Positions 24,407 to 31,073 of a DNA stretch of 31,424 nucleotides are shown here, in pieces (position 1 is the first letter of the stretch; each line of letters opens with the position of its first letter). The stretch comes from a virus, in the IMG/VR virus record IMGVR_UViG_3300000133_000001, positions 1-31,424 of that record. One strand, written 5' to 3'. The translations under genes were made by a program, and so were the position numbers. The notes beneath the pieces were generated by a model. The model worked only from the letters and a program-made list of their open reading frames with translations, was not told the DNA's origin and did not search any database.

Positions 24407-24565
24407 ATGGTAACAGACTACAAAACACTTTTAATTAATCTAGGCACATTTATTTTTTCAATGTCAAACGTTGATGTATTTTTAAAGATCACACTTTTAC
24501 TTTTAACTATTGGGTATACCTCGCACAAGTGGTACTTAATGAATAAGAACAATGGAAAAAAGTAA
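24407..24565 (+). CDS. Small membrane protein (52 aa), holin candidate
   Basis: Hand-translated MVTDYKTLLINLGTFIFSMSNVDVFLKITLLLLTIGYTSHKWYLMNKNNGKK. It has two hydrophobic stretches and a basic C-terminus. It starts 2 nt after the endolysin stop. Confidence 0.5.
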   Translation: MVTDYKTLLINLGTFIFSMSNVDVFLKITLLLLTIGYTSHKWYLMNKNNGKK

Positions 24566-25013
24566 AAAAAAGTTTAAAGATACTAGGGTAGGTAAATTTC
24601 TTACTAAAGCTGCACCAAACATTCTTAAAGGTGTTAGTGATGTTGTGCCAGATGCTGGTATTTTAAAGCTGATAGGCGGTCTTATAAGTAAAGATGATGC
24701 ACTTACACCTAAAGACAAAGAAGAAGCCTTAAAGCTGCTTGAAATGGATATTATAGAAATGCAAGAAGTTTCTAAAAGGTGGGTTTCAGATATGTCAAGC
24801 GATAGTTGGTTGTCAAAGAATGTACGTCCAATGATGTTAATCTTTCTTACCATATCAACTTGGTTATTAATTCTTATGGATAGCCTTAATATTGAATTTG
24901 CTGTAGGTATTGAGTGGATAGATTTACTTAAATCACTTTTAATTGTTGTATATGTTTCATATTTTGGCTCAAGGGGTATTGAAAAATACAAATACATTTC
25001 TCAAAACAAATAG
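24552..25013 (+). CDS. Membrane protein (153 aa), holin/lysis-accessory candidate
   Basis: Two predicted transmembrane segments near the C-terminus (VRPMMLIFLTISTWLLILM and LLKSLLIVVYVSYFG). It overlaps the 52-aa ORF by 14 nt and is the last gene of the late cluster. Confidence 0.6.
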   Translation: MEKSKKKFKDTRVGKFLTKAAPNILKGVSDVVPDAGILKLIGGLISKDDALTPKDKEEALKLLEMDIIEMQEVSKRWVSDMSSDSWLSKNVRPMMLIFLTISTWLLILMDSLNIEFAVGIEWIDLLKSLLIVVYVSYFGSRGIEKYKYISQNK

Positions 25014-25030
25014 AATACTTTTCCTAAATC

Positions 25031-25120
25031 ATTATCTTTTAAGTATATTATTATTTTTTTTAATATATATTTTTAGATTTATATTTATATATATATTTCT
25101 AATTATTTATTTTATATATT
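25031..25120. other. Extreme AT tract (4 G/C in 90 nt) at the late/early boundary
   Basis: Counted directly. Reiterated (A)TATATTT units, and a TATATTTG (-7-like) box immediately downstream at 25115-25122. Confidence 0.8.
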
Positions 25121-25122
25121 TG

Positions 25123-25160
25123 AAGTAATAAAAAAGTGTAAAGTTATTACTTATATTTTT
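25123..25160 (+). terminator. Weak AT-rich hairpin plus T-run (possible terminator)
   Basis: aagtaataa (25123-25131) pairs with ttattactt (25144-25152). The loop is 12 nt, followed by atattttt. The stem has only one G-C pair. Confidence 0.3.
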
Positions 25161-25176
25161 AAAAAACAAATAAAAG

Positions 25177-25305
25177 ATGGAAAACACAAAATGTATTCAA
25201 GTAAGAAAAGATTATTACTTACTAATTGTAGATGATAAATCACTAGGTGAGTTTGAAAGAAGTGAGTTAAGACATATTTTAGAAGTTATAGATAATGCCA
25301 TCTAA
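25177..25305 (+). CDS. Small hypothetical ORF (42 aa; MENTKCIQVRKDYYLLIVDDKSLGEFERSELRHILEVIDNAI)
   Basis: Hand-translated. It overlaps the NinG-like start by 11 nt. Confidence 0.4.
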   Translation: MENTKCIQVRKDYYLLIVDDKSLGEFERSELRHILEVIDNAI

Positions 25306-25690
25306 ACCAAGCAGAAGCAAAATAGTAAAAAAACTAGATGCTATATTTAGCCAGTACATAAGGTTAAAGGATGCAGATCATAATGGTGATGTAAAGTGCT
25401 TTACTTGTGGTAAGGTATCACACTTTAAAAAAGGTATGCAATGTGGTCACTTTCAATCAAGAAAACACTATGCAACCAGATGGCTGGAAAAAAACGTAGC
25501 GGTGCAGTGTGTTGGTTGTAATATGTTTAAAGCCGGTGAACAATTCTTGTTTGGTAAGTACTTGGATCAAAAGTATGGTGATGGTACTGCTGAAGAATTA
25601 TATATAAAATCAAAAGAAACTGTAAAGTATTCTAATGATGAACTACAAGATATGATAAAACACTATAAAGATTTGGTAGACAGTATGTAA
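25295..25690 (+). CDS. ninG: NinG/Rap-family recombination endonuclease-like protein
   Basis: KKLDAIFSQYIRLKDADHNGDVKCFTCGK..MQCGHFQSRKHYATRWLEKNVAVQCVGCNMFKAGEQ matches the lambda NinG pattern (lD.lfS.yIRlr.....G...C.tCg.....l.aGHf.sR.....Rf.e.Nv..QC..CN). Confidence 0.8.
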   Translation: MPSKPSRSKIVKKLDAIFSQYIRLKDADHNGDVKCFTCGKVSHFKKGMQCGHFQSRKHYATRWLEKNVAVQCVGCNMFKAGEQFLFGKYLDQKYGDGTAEELYIKSKETVKYSNDELQDMIKHYKDLVDSM

Positions 25691-25734
25691 TTCGTTACAT
25701 TTGACTATTCTGTTTTGTTAAGGGAAAGGGGTTT

Positions 25735-25759
25735 GGCTTTATGTCAAGCCTTTTTTTTT
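25735..25759 (+). terminator. Rho-independent terminator (short stem, T9)
   Basis: ggctt (25735-25739) pairs with aagcc (25746-25750). The loop is tatgtc, followed by T9 at 25751-25759. Confidence 0.55.
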
Positions 25760-25768
25760 GCTTTATGG

Positions 25769-25799
25769 TTTGAGTTATTAACAATTTTGTTTATATTTG
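25769..25799 (+). promoter_or_regulatory. Canonical Bacteroidota-type promoter TTTG-N19-TATATTTG
   Basis: TTTG at 25769-25772, an exact 19-nt spacer, then TATATTTG at 25792-25799 (a perfect TAnnTTTG). The ATG at 25826 is 27 nt downstream, and the element sits directly after a terminator. Confidence 0.7.
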
Positions 25800-25825
25800 G
25801 GTATTATTAATTTAAACTTAACAGA

Positions 25826-25975
25826 ATGAGAACACAGAAACACGATTTAAAACAAGAGATTAAAGACTTGGAAAACCAATTAAGGTTTGCGGTCATTAAC
25901 CTAGATGCCTTTACCCAATTATCTATCAATAAAAGATTAGATGTTGCAAAATCAACCTTAATAAATATTCAGTAA
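25826..25975 (+). CDS. Small hypothetical ORF (49 aa; MRTQKHDLKQEIKDLENQLRFAVINLDAFTQLSINKRLDVAKSTLINIQ)
   Basis: Hand-translated. It is the first ORF after the promoter and has a TAATG overlap with the next ORF. Confidence 0.5.
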   Translation: MRTQKHDLKQEIKDLENQLRFAVINLDAFTQLSINKRLDVAKSTLINIQ

Positions 25976-26100
25976 TGGGATTTTCAGAAGAAACTGCCCA
26001 GACTAAATTTGACGAGTATACATATAGAATAGAAGCCTTATGTAATAAGATAGAAGAACTAAAAGCAAAAATAGAAGTATCACAAATATTTAAACAATAA
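25975..26100 (+). CDS. Small hypothetical ORF (41 aa; MGFSEETAQTKFDEYTYRIEALCNKIEELKAKIEVSQIFKQ)
   Basis: Hand-translated and coupled to the upstream ORF. Confidence 0.45.
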   Translation: MGFSEETAQTKFDEYTYRIEALCNKIEELKAKIEVSQIFKQ

Positions 26101-26104
26101 CAAA

Positions 26105-26308
26105 ATGGAAGAAACAAAAACAGAATTAAAAAGAAAAAACATTAGTGAAATATTAACTTGGCATAGTATTGAAACAACTGTAAAAGATATGGGTTTTGAT
26201 AGAGTAACAATGCTTGAAGCAACACCAAAAAATATGCATAGGTTGATGTTGAAAATAAACGAACTTATTGAAGTTGTTAATGAATTAAAAAACAAACAAA
26301 ATGGATAG
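26105..26308 (+). CDS. Hypothetical protein (67 aa)
   Basis: ATG start. It overlaps the next gene by 8 nt. Confidence 0.6.
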   Translation: MEETKTELKRKNISEILTWHSIETTVKDMGFDRVTMLEATPKNMHRLMLKINELIEVVNELKNKQNG

Positions 26309-26687
26309 AGAAAAATTATTAGATTTGTACAAGAAGTATGAACTTGAAAAAACCGATGTATATAAACATCAACACTATGTCATAATCACACGACAAGGTA
26401 TCGAGAAGATTGCAGCAAAAGAAAACATAGCTATTAGTTATGAGGTTGTAAAATGTGATCCAAACTTTGCAGTTGTGAAAGCATATGCAAAAAAAGAAGA
26501 AGTACAAATTGAAACATTTGGAAGTGCATTAAAAGGTGCAAGTTATAAAGACGGAAATTGTAATAGTTGGTATGTAATGGAAATGGCAGAGAAACGTGCA
26601 TTGTCAAGAAGTGTTTTAAAACTAACTGGCTTTTATCAACTTGGTGTTTACTCGGAAGATGAAAGTGATGATTTTAAAAGAAAATAA
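26301..26687 (+). CDS. Hypothetical protein (128 aa), immediately upstream of the SSB-like gene
   Basis: ..ETFGSALKGASYKDGNCNSWYVMEMAEKRALSRSVLKLTG.. has no secure family assignment. Its position suggests a recombination or replication accessory role. Confidence 0.6.
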   Translation: MDREKLLDLYKKYELEKTDVYKHQHYVIITRQGIEKIAAKENIAISYEVVKCDPNFAVVKAYAKKEEVQIETFGSALKGASYKDGNCNSWYVMEMAEKRALSRSVLKLTGFYQLGVYSEDESDDFKRK

Positions 26688-26736
26688 AACACGAGGTATT
26701 GCGTGTAATGACAATACCAAATTTAAACTATATATT

Positions 26737-27039
26737 ATGAGTGCAATTATCAACGGAAGTATTAGAGTAGATAGACTACCTAAAGAGAAATTTATTAAAG
26801 GAAAAGATGGTGCGGTGTACTACAATTTCACAATAGCGGTACAAGATGAAACCAGATACGGAAACAACGTAGCTTTTATGGATAGCCAAACCAAAGAAGA
26901 ACGTGAAGCAAAGGTTGCTAAAACCTATCTTGGAAACGGTAAGGTGGTATGGATGTCACCAGATGGTGTAACGGTTGCAGAAAGAGATGACCAACCACAA
27001 GCGGTTGCAGAACCAGCAAGTGATGATTTACCATTTTAA
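26737..27039 (+). CDS. ssb: Single-stranded DNA-binding-like protein (100 aa) with an acidic DDLPF tail
   Basis: The C-terminus ..EPASDDLPF matches the bacterial/phage SSB partner-recruitment tip (D-D-D-I-P-F type). The preceding ~85 aa have beta-rich, OB-like composition. The track start at 26641 is an extension into the previous gene. Confidence 0.55.
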   Translation: MSAIINGSIRVDRLPKEKFIKGKDGAVYYNFTIAVQDETRYGNNVAFMDSQTKEEREAKVAKTYLGNGKVVWMSPDGVTVAERDDQPQAVAEPASDDLPF

Positions 27040-27044
27040 TTAAT

Positions 27045-27079
27045 AAAGGGTGTAGGTTTTTAACTTGCACCTTTTTTTT
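27045..27079 (+). terminator. Rho-independent terminator
   Basis: aaagggtgtagg (27045-27056) pairs with cttgcacctttt (27064-27075), giving 12 bp with three G-U pairs. The loop is tttttaa and the T-run extends to 27079. Confidence 0.65.
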
Positions 27080-27092
27080 ATACATTTAACAA

Positions 27093-27929
27093 ATGACAGA
27101 AAAAGAAACAGAACAGAATATGTTAATGGAATTTATTGCAGATACTTGCAAGATAGACATTAACGAAAAATTAGAATATCCACCAGTATGTTTAAGCTAT
27201 GGTGAAAAGGTTATACAATCAGATAAAGGTGATAGTATCATACCAATCGCTCTTGGGACATTTGGCAATCTTTCAGTAATTACTGCACCACCAAAGACAA
27301 GAAAAAGTTTTTTTTGCTCTTTACTTGCAAGTGCTTATTTAAGTGGTTCTAATATTTATGGTGGAAAAATAAAAGGGCATAGAGGTAATGGAGATTTAAT
27401 TTATATAGATACAGAACAAGGAAGCTGGCACGCATCTAAAGTATTTAAACGTCCATTAGATATGGATAGCAACATACCTAAAGACAAATATCACACGTTT
27501 GCATTGCGTACAATAGCTTTTAAGGAACGTTTAGAGTTTATTGAATACTATTTAAAGGAACACATAAAAGAACCATCTCTGCTTATTATAGATGGTGTAG
27601 CAGATTTATGTGCAGATGTAAACAACATAGAGAAAAGTAATGAATTAGTAAGTGCATTAATGAGAATAAGCCAACAGCAAAACGTACATATAATAAATGT
27701 GATACATCAAAACTTTGGTAGTGCTAAACTCGGAACTGGGCATTTAGGTTCTGCATTAGAAAAGAAAGCAGAAACAGTAATAAGTTTGGAAGCAAACACA
27801 GTAAACAAAGATTGGACAACGGTTAAGTGTGGTAGAAGTAGGGGTTACTCTTTTGAAACATTTAGCTTTGAAGTAAACGAAAAAGGATTGCCAACAATAG
27901 TAAATGATTTATATGATCCGTTAAAATGA
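27093..27929 (+). CDS. RecA-fold ATPase (AAA_25 / RepA / DnaB-C-terminal-like), putative replicative helicase
   Basis: Walker A-like ITAPPKTRKSFF, then LIYIDTEQGS, Walker B LLIIDGVADL, and ..VHIINVIHQN.., which is typical of RepA/AAA_25 proteins. Confidence 0.6.
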   Translation: MTEKETEQNMLMEFIADTCKIDINEKLEYPPVCLSYGEKVIQSDKGDSIIPIALGTFGNLSVITAPPKTRKSFFCSLLASAYLSGSNIYGGKIKGHRGNGDLIYIDTEQGSWHASKVFKRPLDMDSNIPKDKYHTFALRTIAFKERLEFIEYYLKEHIKEPSLLIIDGVADLCADVNNIEKSNELVSALMRISQQQNVHIINVIHQNFGSAKLGTGHLGSALEKKAETVISLEANTVNKDWTTVKCGRSRGYSFETFSFEVNEKGLPTIVNDLYDPLK

Positions 27930-27930
27930 T

Positions 27931-28407
27931 ATGGTACAAAAAACAATGATTATAGTTGCTGCAAAGCATAAAGAGTGGGTAGAAATAGTTTTATCTTTTG
28001 GGTGCAAACAAGAAACTGCTGAAGATATTGTACAAGAAATGTATTACAAGATACAACTGAAACTTGAAAAGGGTTTAGATATAATGTACAATGAAGAAGA
28101 AATAAACTACTACTATATTTTTAAGACTTTAAGAACATTGTTTTACGATTTAAAAAGAAAAGGTAAAAACATCACAATGGTTTCTATGGATGACATACAC
28201 TTAACCACATCAGATGTAAACTACCAAGAACCATATGATAAAATACAAGAAGAACTATCAAAGATGTTTTGGTATGATAGAAAAGTATTTGAAATAATAA
28301 ATGATGGTGAAAGCATTGCAGAATTTTCTAGGAAAAGTTTAATACATTACTATTCACTTTACAACACATACAACAAAGTAAAAAGCAAACTAAAAAAACT
28401 ATTATGA
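27931..28407 (+). CDS. Sigma-70-family (ECF-like) sigma factor or late transcription regulator
   Basis: Region-2-like ..ETAEDIVQEMYYKIQLKL..YYYIFKTLRTLFYDLKRKGK (compare AeDlvQe.f.kl...wl..ia.N...D..Rk). Region-4-like HTH ..WYDRKVFEIINDGESIAEFSRKSLIHYYSLYNTYNKVKSKLKKLL. At 158 aa the size fits a two-domain sigma factor. Confidence 0.6.
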   Translation: MVQKTMIIVAAKHKEWVEIVLSFGCKQETAEDIVQEMYYKIQLKLEKGLDIMYNEEEINYYYIFKTLRTLFYDLKRKGKNITMVSMDDIHLTTSDVNYQEPYDKIQEELSKMFWYDRKVFEIINDGESIAEFSRKSLIHYYSLYNTYNKVKSKLKKLL

Positions 28408-28922
28408 TTTTAAAAATCGATAATGATTTAAAAATTAAATGTTGGAAATATTTGGCAGAAAATAATCTGGGAAATAGACATTCTGCGAATGGAAATAAAG
28501 AACAACAGTTTGTAGGTTTAATTGGTGAAATTATAACAAAGAAATATTTTGGTATAGAACATAAATGGTTAAAAGGTTTTGATGGTGGTTATGATTTTAT
28601 TTATAACAATAAAAAAATAGATGTTAAAACTATGGGAAGAAATGTAACACCTAAAGATTTTTATGTAAATAATTTTATTTCATTTCAAAAAGATTTTGAT
28701 TGTGATTATTACATATTCACATCATTAAATAAAAAAACTAATGAGTTATTTATTTGCGGATATTTATCTAAAACAGAATTATTAGATAAAGCAATATTAT
28801 ATAAAAAAGGTGCGATAAGACATAGAGAAAACGGAACTACCTTTAAAATGAAAGCAGATACATTTGAAATTAAAAATAGCTTACTTAATCAAATAAAAAA
28901 TTTAAAATATGAAACTAGGTAA
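28404..28922 (+). CDS. PD-(D/E)xK nuclease-like protein (172 aa)
   Basis: ..VGLIGEIITKKYFG..GYDFIYNNKKIDVKTMG.. gives an E ... D ... (D)xK arrangement typical of the restriction-endonuclease fold. Confidence 0.45.
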   Translation: MILKIDNDLKIKCWKYLAENNLGNRHSANGNKEQQFVGLIGEIITKKYFGIEHKWLKGFDGGYDFIYNNKKIDVKTMGRNVTPKDFYVNNFISFQKDFDCDYYIFTSLNKKTNELFICGYLSKTELLDKAILYKKGAIRHRENGTTFKMKADTFEIKNSLLNQIKNLKYETR

Positions 28923-29055
28923 CATTATTTATTACATCACAAAATATACTGGTATTAAATACCTAGTAGATAAATACCACAAATTAAGAGGTACTAAATG
29001 TGACTGTAACAACAGAAGAAAAAAGTTAAACGAAATAAAAATTGATAGATGGTAA
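28909..29055 (+). CDS. Small hypothetical ORF (48 aa; MKLGNIIYYITKYTGIKYLVDKYHKLRGTKCDCNNRRKKLNEIKIDRW)
   Basis: Hand-translated. It bridges 28922 and 29049, overlapping both neighbours (ATGGTAA at its 3' end). Confidence 0.45.
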   Translation: MKLGNIIYYITKYTGIKYLVDKYHKLRGTKCDCNNRRKKLNEIKIDRW

Positions 29056-29258
29056 AATTTAATAAACAAGATTTTGAAAGCTGGAGTGATTTCAGATCAG
29101 AACCAAAGAACACTTTACAACCTAATGAGTTTGAACTAATATGCCAGTTACACGCAAAGTACTATAATCATAAATACCATAAACCGTGCACTTGTAACCC
29201 AAAGAAAATAAAGTTATGGATAAAACAACTTAACTTAATTTGGAACAATGGGAATTAA
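29049..29258 (+). CDS. Hypothetical protein (69 aa)
   Basis: Coupled to both neighbours. It contains HKYHKPCTCNPKK. Confidence 0.6.
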   Translation: MVKFNKQDFESWSDFRSEPKNTLQPNEFELICQLHAKYYNHKYHKPCTCNPKKIKLWIKQLNLIWNNGN

Positions 29259-29667
29259 AAAAATTAATGAGTGGGAAAAGGCAGTAGTGTTTTTATTAAA
29301 TCTTGATGGTTGGGAGTTAGAACATTGTGGTGATGGTTATTCTAGGTATGATGCAAAAGGTAAAACACCAAAGGGAATGGATTGCGTTATAGAGATGAAA
29401 TTTAGAAACAAGTACTATGAAGATAAGATGCTTGAAAAAGACAAGTATGATGCTCTAATGGTTTTAGATGATGTTGTAAAGATATTCTTTGTCAATGATC
29501 CTAAAGGAAACTTTATGTATTACCTCAACACTTTAGAGATGCCAACACCAGTTAAAAAGTACTGCCCAGATACAACAATGTGGACAAAGAAAAGACTTTT
29601 AAAAGATGTGTACTTGCTTAAAGAAAATGAAGCAGTAAGAATAAATATAAATATAGAACCAAATTAG
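29248..29667 (+). CDS. Second PD-(D/E)xK-like protein (139 aa), possibly Hjc/VRR-Nuc-type
   Basis: ..WEKAVVFLLNLDGWEL..YDAKGKTPKGMDCVIEMKFR.. gives E ... D ... E-x-K spacing similar to archaeal-type Holliday junction resolvases. Confidence 0.4.
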   Translation: MGIKKINEWEKAVVFLLNLDGWELEHCGDGYSRYDAKGKTPKGMDCVIEMKFRNKYYEDKMLEKDKYDALMVLDDVVKIFFVNDPKGNFMYYLNTLEMPTPVKKYCPDTTMWTKKRLLKDVYLLKENEAVRININIEPN

Positions 29668-29672
29668 TTGTA

Positions 29673-29709
29673 CACAATTTTGTTAATAACTCAATTATAG
29701 TTATATTGC
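29673..29709 (+). promoter_or_regulatory. Host-type promoter TTTG-N19-TATATTGC (near-identical copy of 4873..4909)
   Basis: TTTG at 29679-29682, a 19-nt spacer, then TATATTGC at 29702-29709. The ATG at 29730 is downstream. The 19-mer is identical to 4873-4891. Confidence 0.6.
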
Positions 29710-29729
29710 ATAAACTAAAACAGAATATA

Positions 29730-29900
29730 ATGAAAGTAAATGATGCAGCTTGGGAAAAGTTAAGAAAGCAAATAGAATATCATACTGAACAAGATAGTGA
29801 GATAACTGATGTACATATTAACTACCAAGTAAAACAAGGAAAAAAGAATTATTTAAAACTAAACATAACAATAGACAAATGGGCAACGATAACAGAGTAG
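29730..29900 (+). CDS. Hypothetical protein (56 aa)
   Basis: First ATG after the promoter (MKVNDAAWEKLRKQ..). The track start at 29706 lies inside the promoter box. Confidence 0.55.
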   Translation: MKVNDAAWEKLRKQIEYHTEQDSEITDVHINYQVKQGKKNYLKLNITIDKWATITE

Positions 29901-30190
29901 ACAGACTACAAGCAAAAGTAGAAGAACAACAAGAACTAATTGCATTACTTTACAAGCAGTTAGATGAAAAAGACAATCATACATATGTAGGCGAAACACA
30001 CACACTACATTGTTCTGATGGTGAACTTGTAATAGGGTATGGTAGCATAGATGAAGATAAAACACTTGTAATGGATGCAGACCAGCTTTTTAGAGACTTA
30101 CCAAGTATTATTAGTATGGTGTGCAAAGAGCAAAAGAAGATACAACAGATGCACCTAGAAATGATTAAAATAGCACAAGCAGAATTATGA
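29879..30190 (+). CDS. Hypothetical protein (103 aa)
   Basis: ATG start and an ATGA overlap with the exonuclease gene. Confidence 0.6.
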   Translation: MGNDNRVDRLQAKVEEQQELIALLYKQLDEKDNHTYVGETHTLHCSDGELVIGYGSIDEDKTLVMDADQLFRDLPSIISMVCKEQKKIQQMHLEMIKIAQAEL

Positions 30191-30900
30191 TACTATTGAT
30201 AGATGCAGATAGTTTAATATTTGCTAGTTGTTACAGAAAAAGAGAAACACCAGATGATGAACTATACTATACAGATATAGAAGATAGTAGAAACAAGTTT
30301 GACCAACAGTTTATGAAAATTGTAAATGACTTGGAAGATAAATACCCAATAGATAAAGTACTTACATTTAGTGGTTCAAAGGGAAATTTTAGAAAACTGA
30401 TAACAAAGAAGTACAAAGCCAACAGAAAGAAACAAGAACTGCCACCTTTATTAGATGAGATGCACCAATTTGTAAAAGACCACTATGATAGTATATGGGG
30501 TTACGGTTTAGAAACAGATGATATGGTTGCTAGGTACTGGAAGCAAATTAGTGATGATATTGGCAGAGATGAAGTAATGATTGTTTCAATAGACAAAGAC
30601 TATAAACAGTTTCCTTGCTTGATGTACAACTATCACTACAAGCATAAAGAGATATTAGATATATCAGAAGAAGAAGCTATGTACAATTTTTATGAGCAAT
30701 TTATAATCGGGGACAGTGCAGACAATGTGCAGTACTTTAGGGGTAAGGGTAGGGTGTTTGCTGGTAAGTATTTAAAAGACTGCACCACAAAATATCAATA
30801 CACAAGAAAGCTATACGAATTATTTAAACAAGAATACAAAGGTAAAGCAAGACAAAAATACACAGAGTGCTATCACCTTTTAAAATTAAGAACACAATGA
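30187..30900 (+). CDS. 5'-3' exonuclease / flap endonuclease (PIN-like, T4 RNase H / Pol I 5'-exo family)
   Basis: MILLIDADSLIFASCY.., ..FRKLITKKYKANRKK..PPLL.., ..GYGLETDDMVA.., ..IVSIDKDYKQF.. and ..IIGDSADNVQYFRGKGRVFAGKYL match the conserved acidic blocks and H3TH region of FEN-family nucleases. Confidence 0.8.
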   Translation: MILLIDADSLIFASCYRKRETPDDELYYTDIEDSRNKFDQQFMKIVNDLEDKYPIDKVLTFSGSKGNFRKLITKKYKANRKKQELPPLLDEMHQFVKDHYDSIWGYGLETDDMVARYWKQISDDIGRDEVMIVSIDKDYKQFPCLMYNYHYKHKEILDISEEEAMYNFYEQFIIGDSADNVQYFRGKGRVFAGKYLKDCTTKYQYTRKLYELFKQEYKGKARQKYTECYHLLKLRTQ

Positions 30901-31073
30901 AAGATAAAATAGTAGAAGATTTAAAAAGAGAGTTTGACATAAGAAGTTGTGTAGGGATAGACAAATACAAAACAACCTTACAAGACAATAACAAAGATGA
31001 TTTTTTGCAGCACTTAAAAGAAGAACTTATGGATGCAACATTATACATACAAAAACTACAAAGCAATGGATAG
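30897..31073 (+). CDS. Duplicate of 196..372 (within the terminal repeat)
   Basis: Identical sequence at offset 30701. Confidence 0.55.
   Translation: MKDKIVEDLKREFDIRSCVGIDKYKTTLQDNNKDDFLQHLKEELMDATLYIQKLQSNG

Noticed and set aside
24943-25128. 61-aa + strand ORF running into the AT-rich tract
   Set aside because: It overlaps the 3' end of the membrane-protein gene in another frame. It then translates the ~96% A+T spacer into an Ile/Phe/Tyr/Leu repeat, which is a composition artefact.
25691-25825. Possible tRNA or small RNA in the longer intergenic gaps (25691-25825, 25014-25176, 5458-5561, 3227-3392)
   Set aside because: No cloverleaf-compatible arms and no GTTCRA T-loop or conserved D-loop motifs were seen. 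The gaps are accounted for by terminators, promoters and micro-ORFs.
26641-26736. N-terminal extension of the SSB-like ORF (track start 26641) and similar upstream extensions at 166, 332, 4899, 6759, 23706 and 29706
   Set aside because: The extensions use non-ATG or internal codons. They either overlap the preceding gene substantially or lie inside the promoter-like elements. An ATG with the usual tight coupling or spacing is available downstream in each case.
123-30065. All other minus-strand track ORFs: 123..365, 721..960, 3892..4197, 5552..5812, 9507..9707, 11155..11532, 11199..11381, 12404..12595, 12668..12880, 13459..13665, 17145..17336, 17650..17973, 18029..18214, 18664..18855, 20662..21024, 22195..22389, 23666..23947, 24536..24997, 25926..26117, 26080..26295, 26319..26507, 29859..30065 (and 30824..31066 in the repeat)
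   Set aside because: Each lies wholly or mostly antisense to a better-supported + strand gene. Their compositions are biased or low-complexity. The + strand is packed with coupled genes, and every promoter and terminator found is oriented for + strand transcription.
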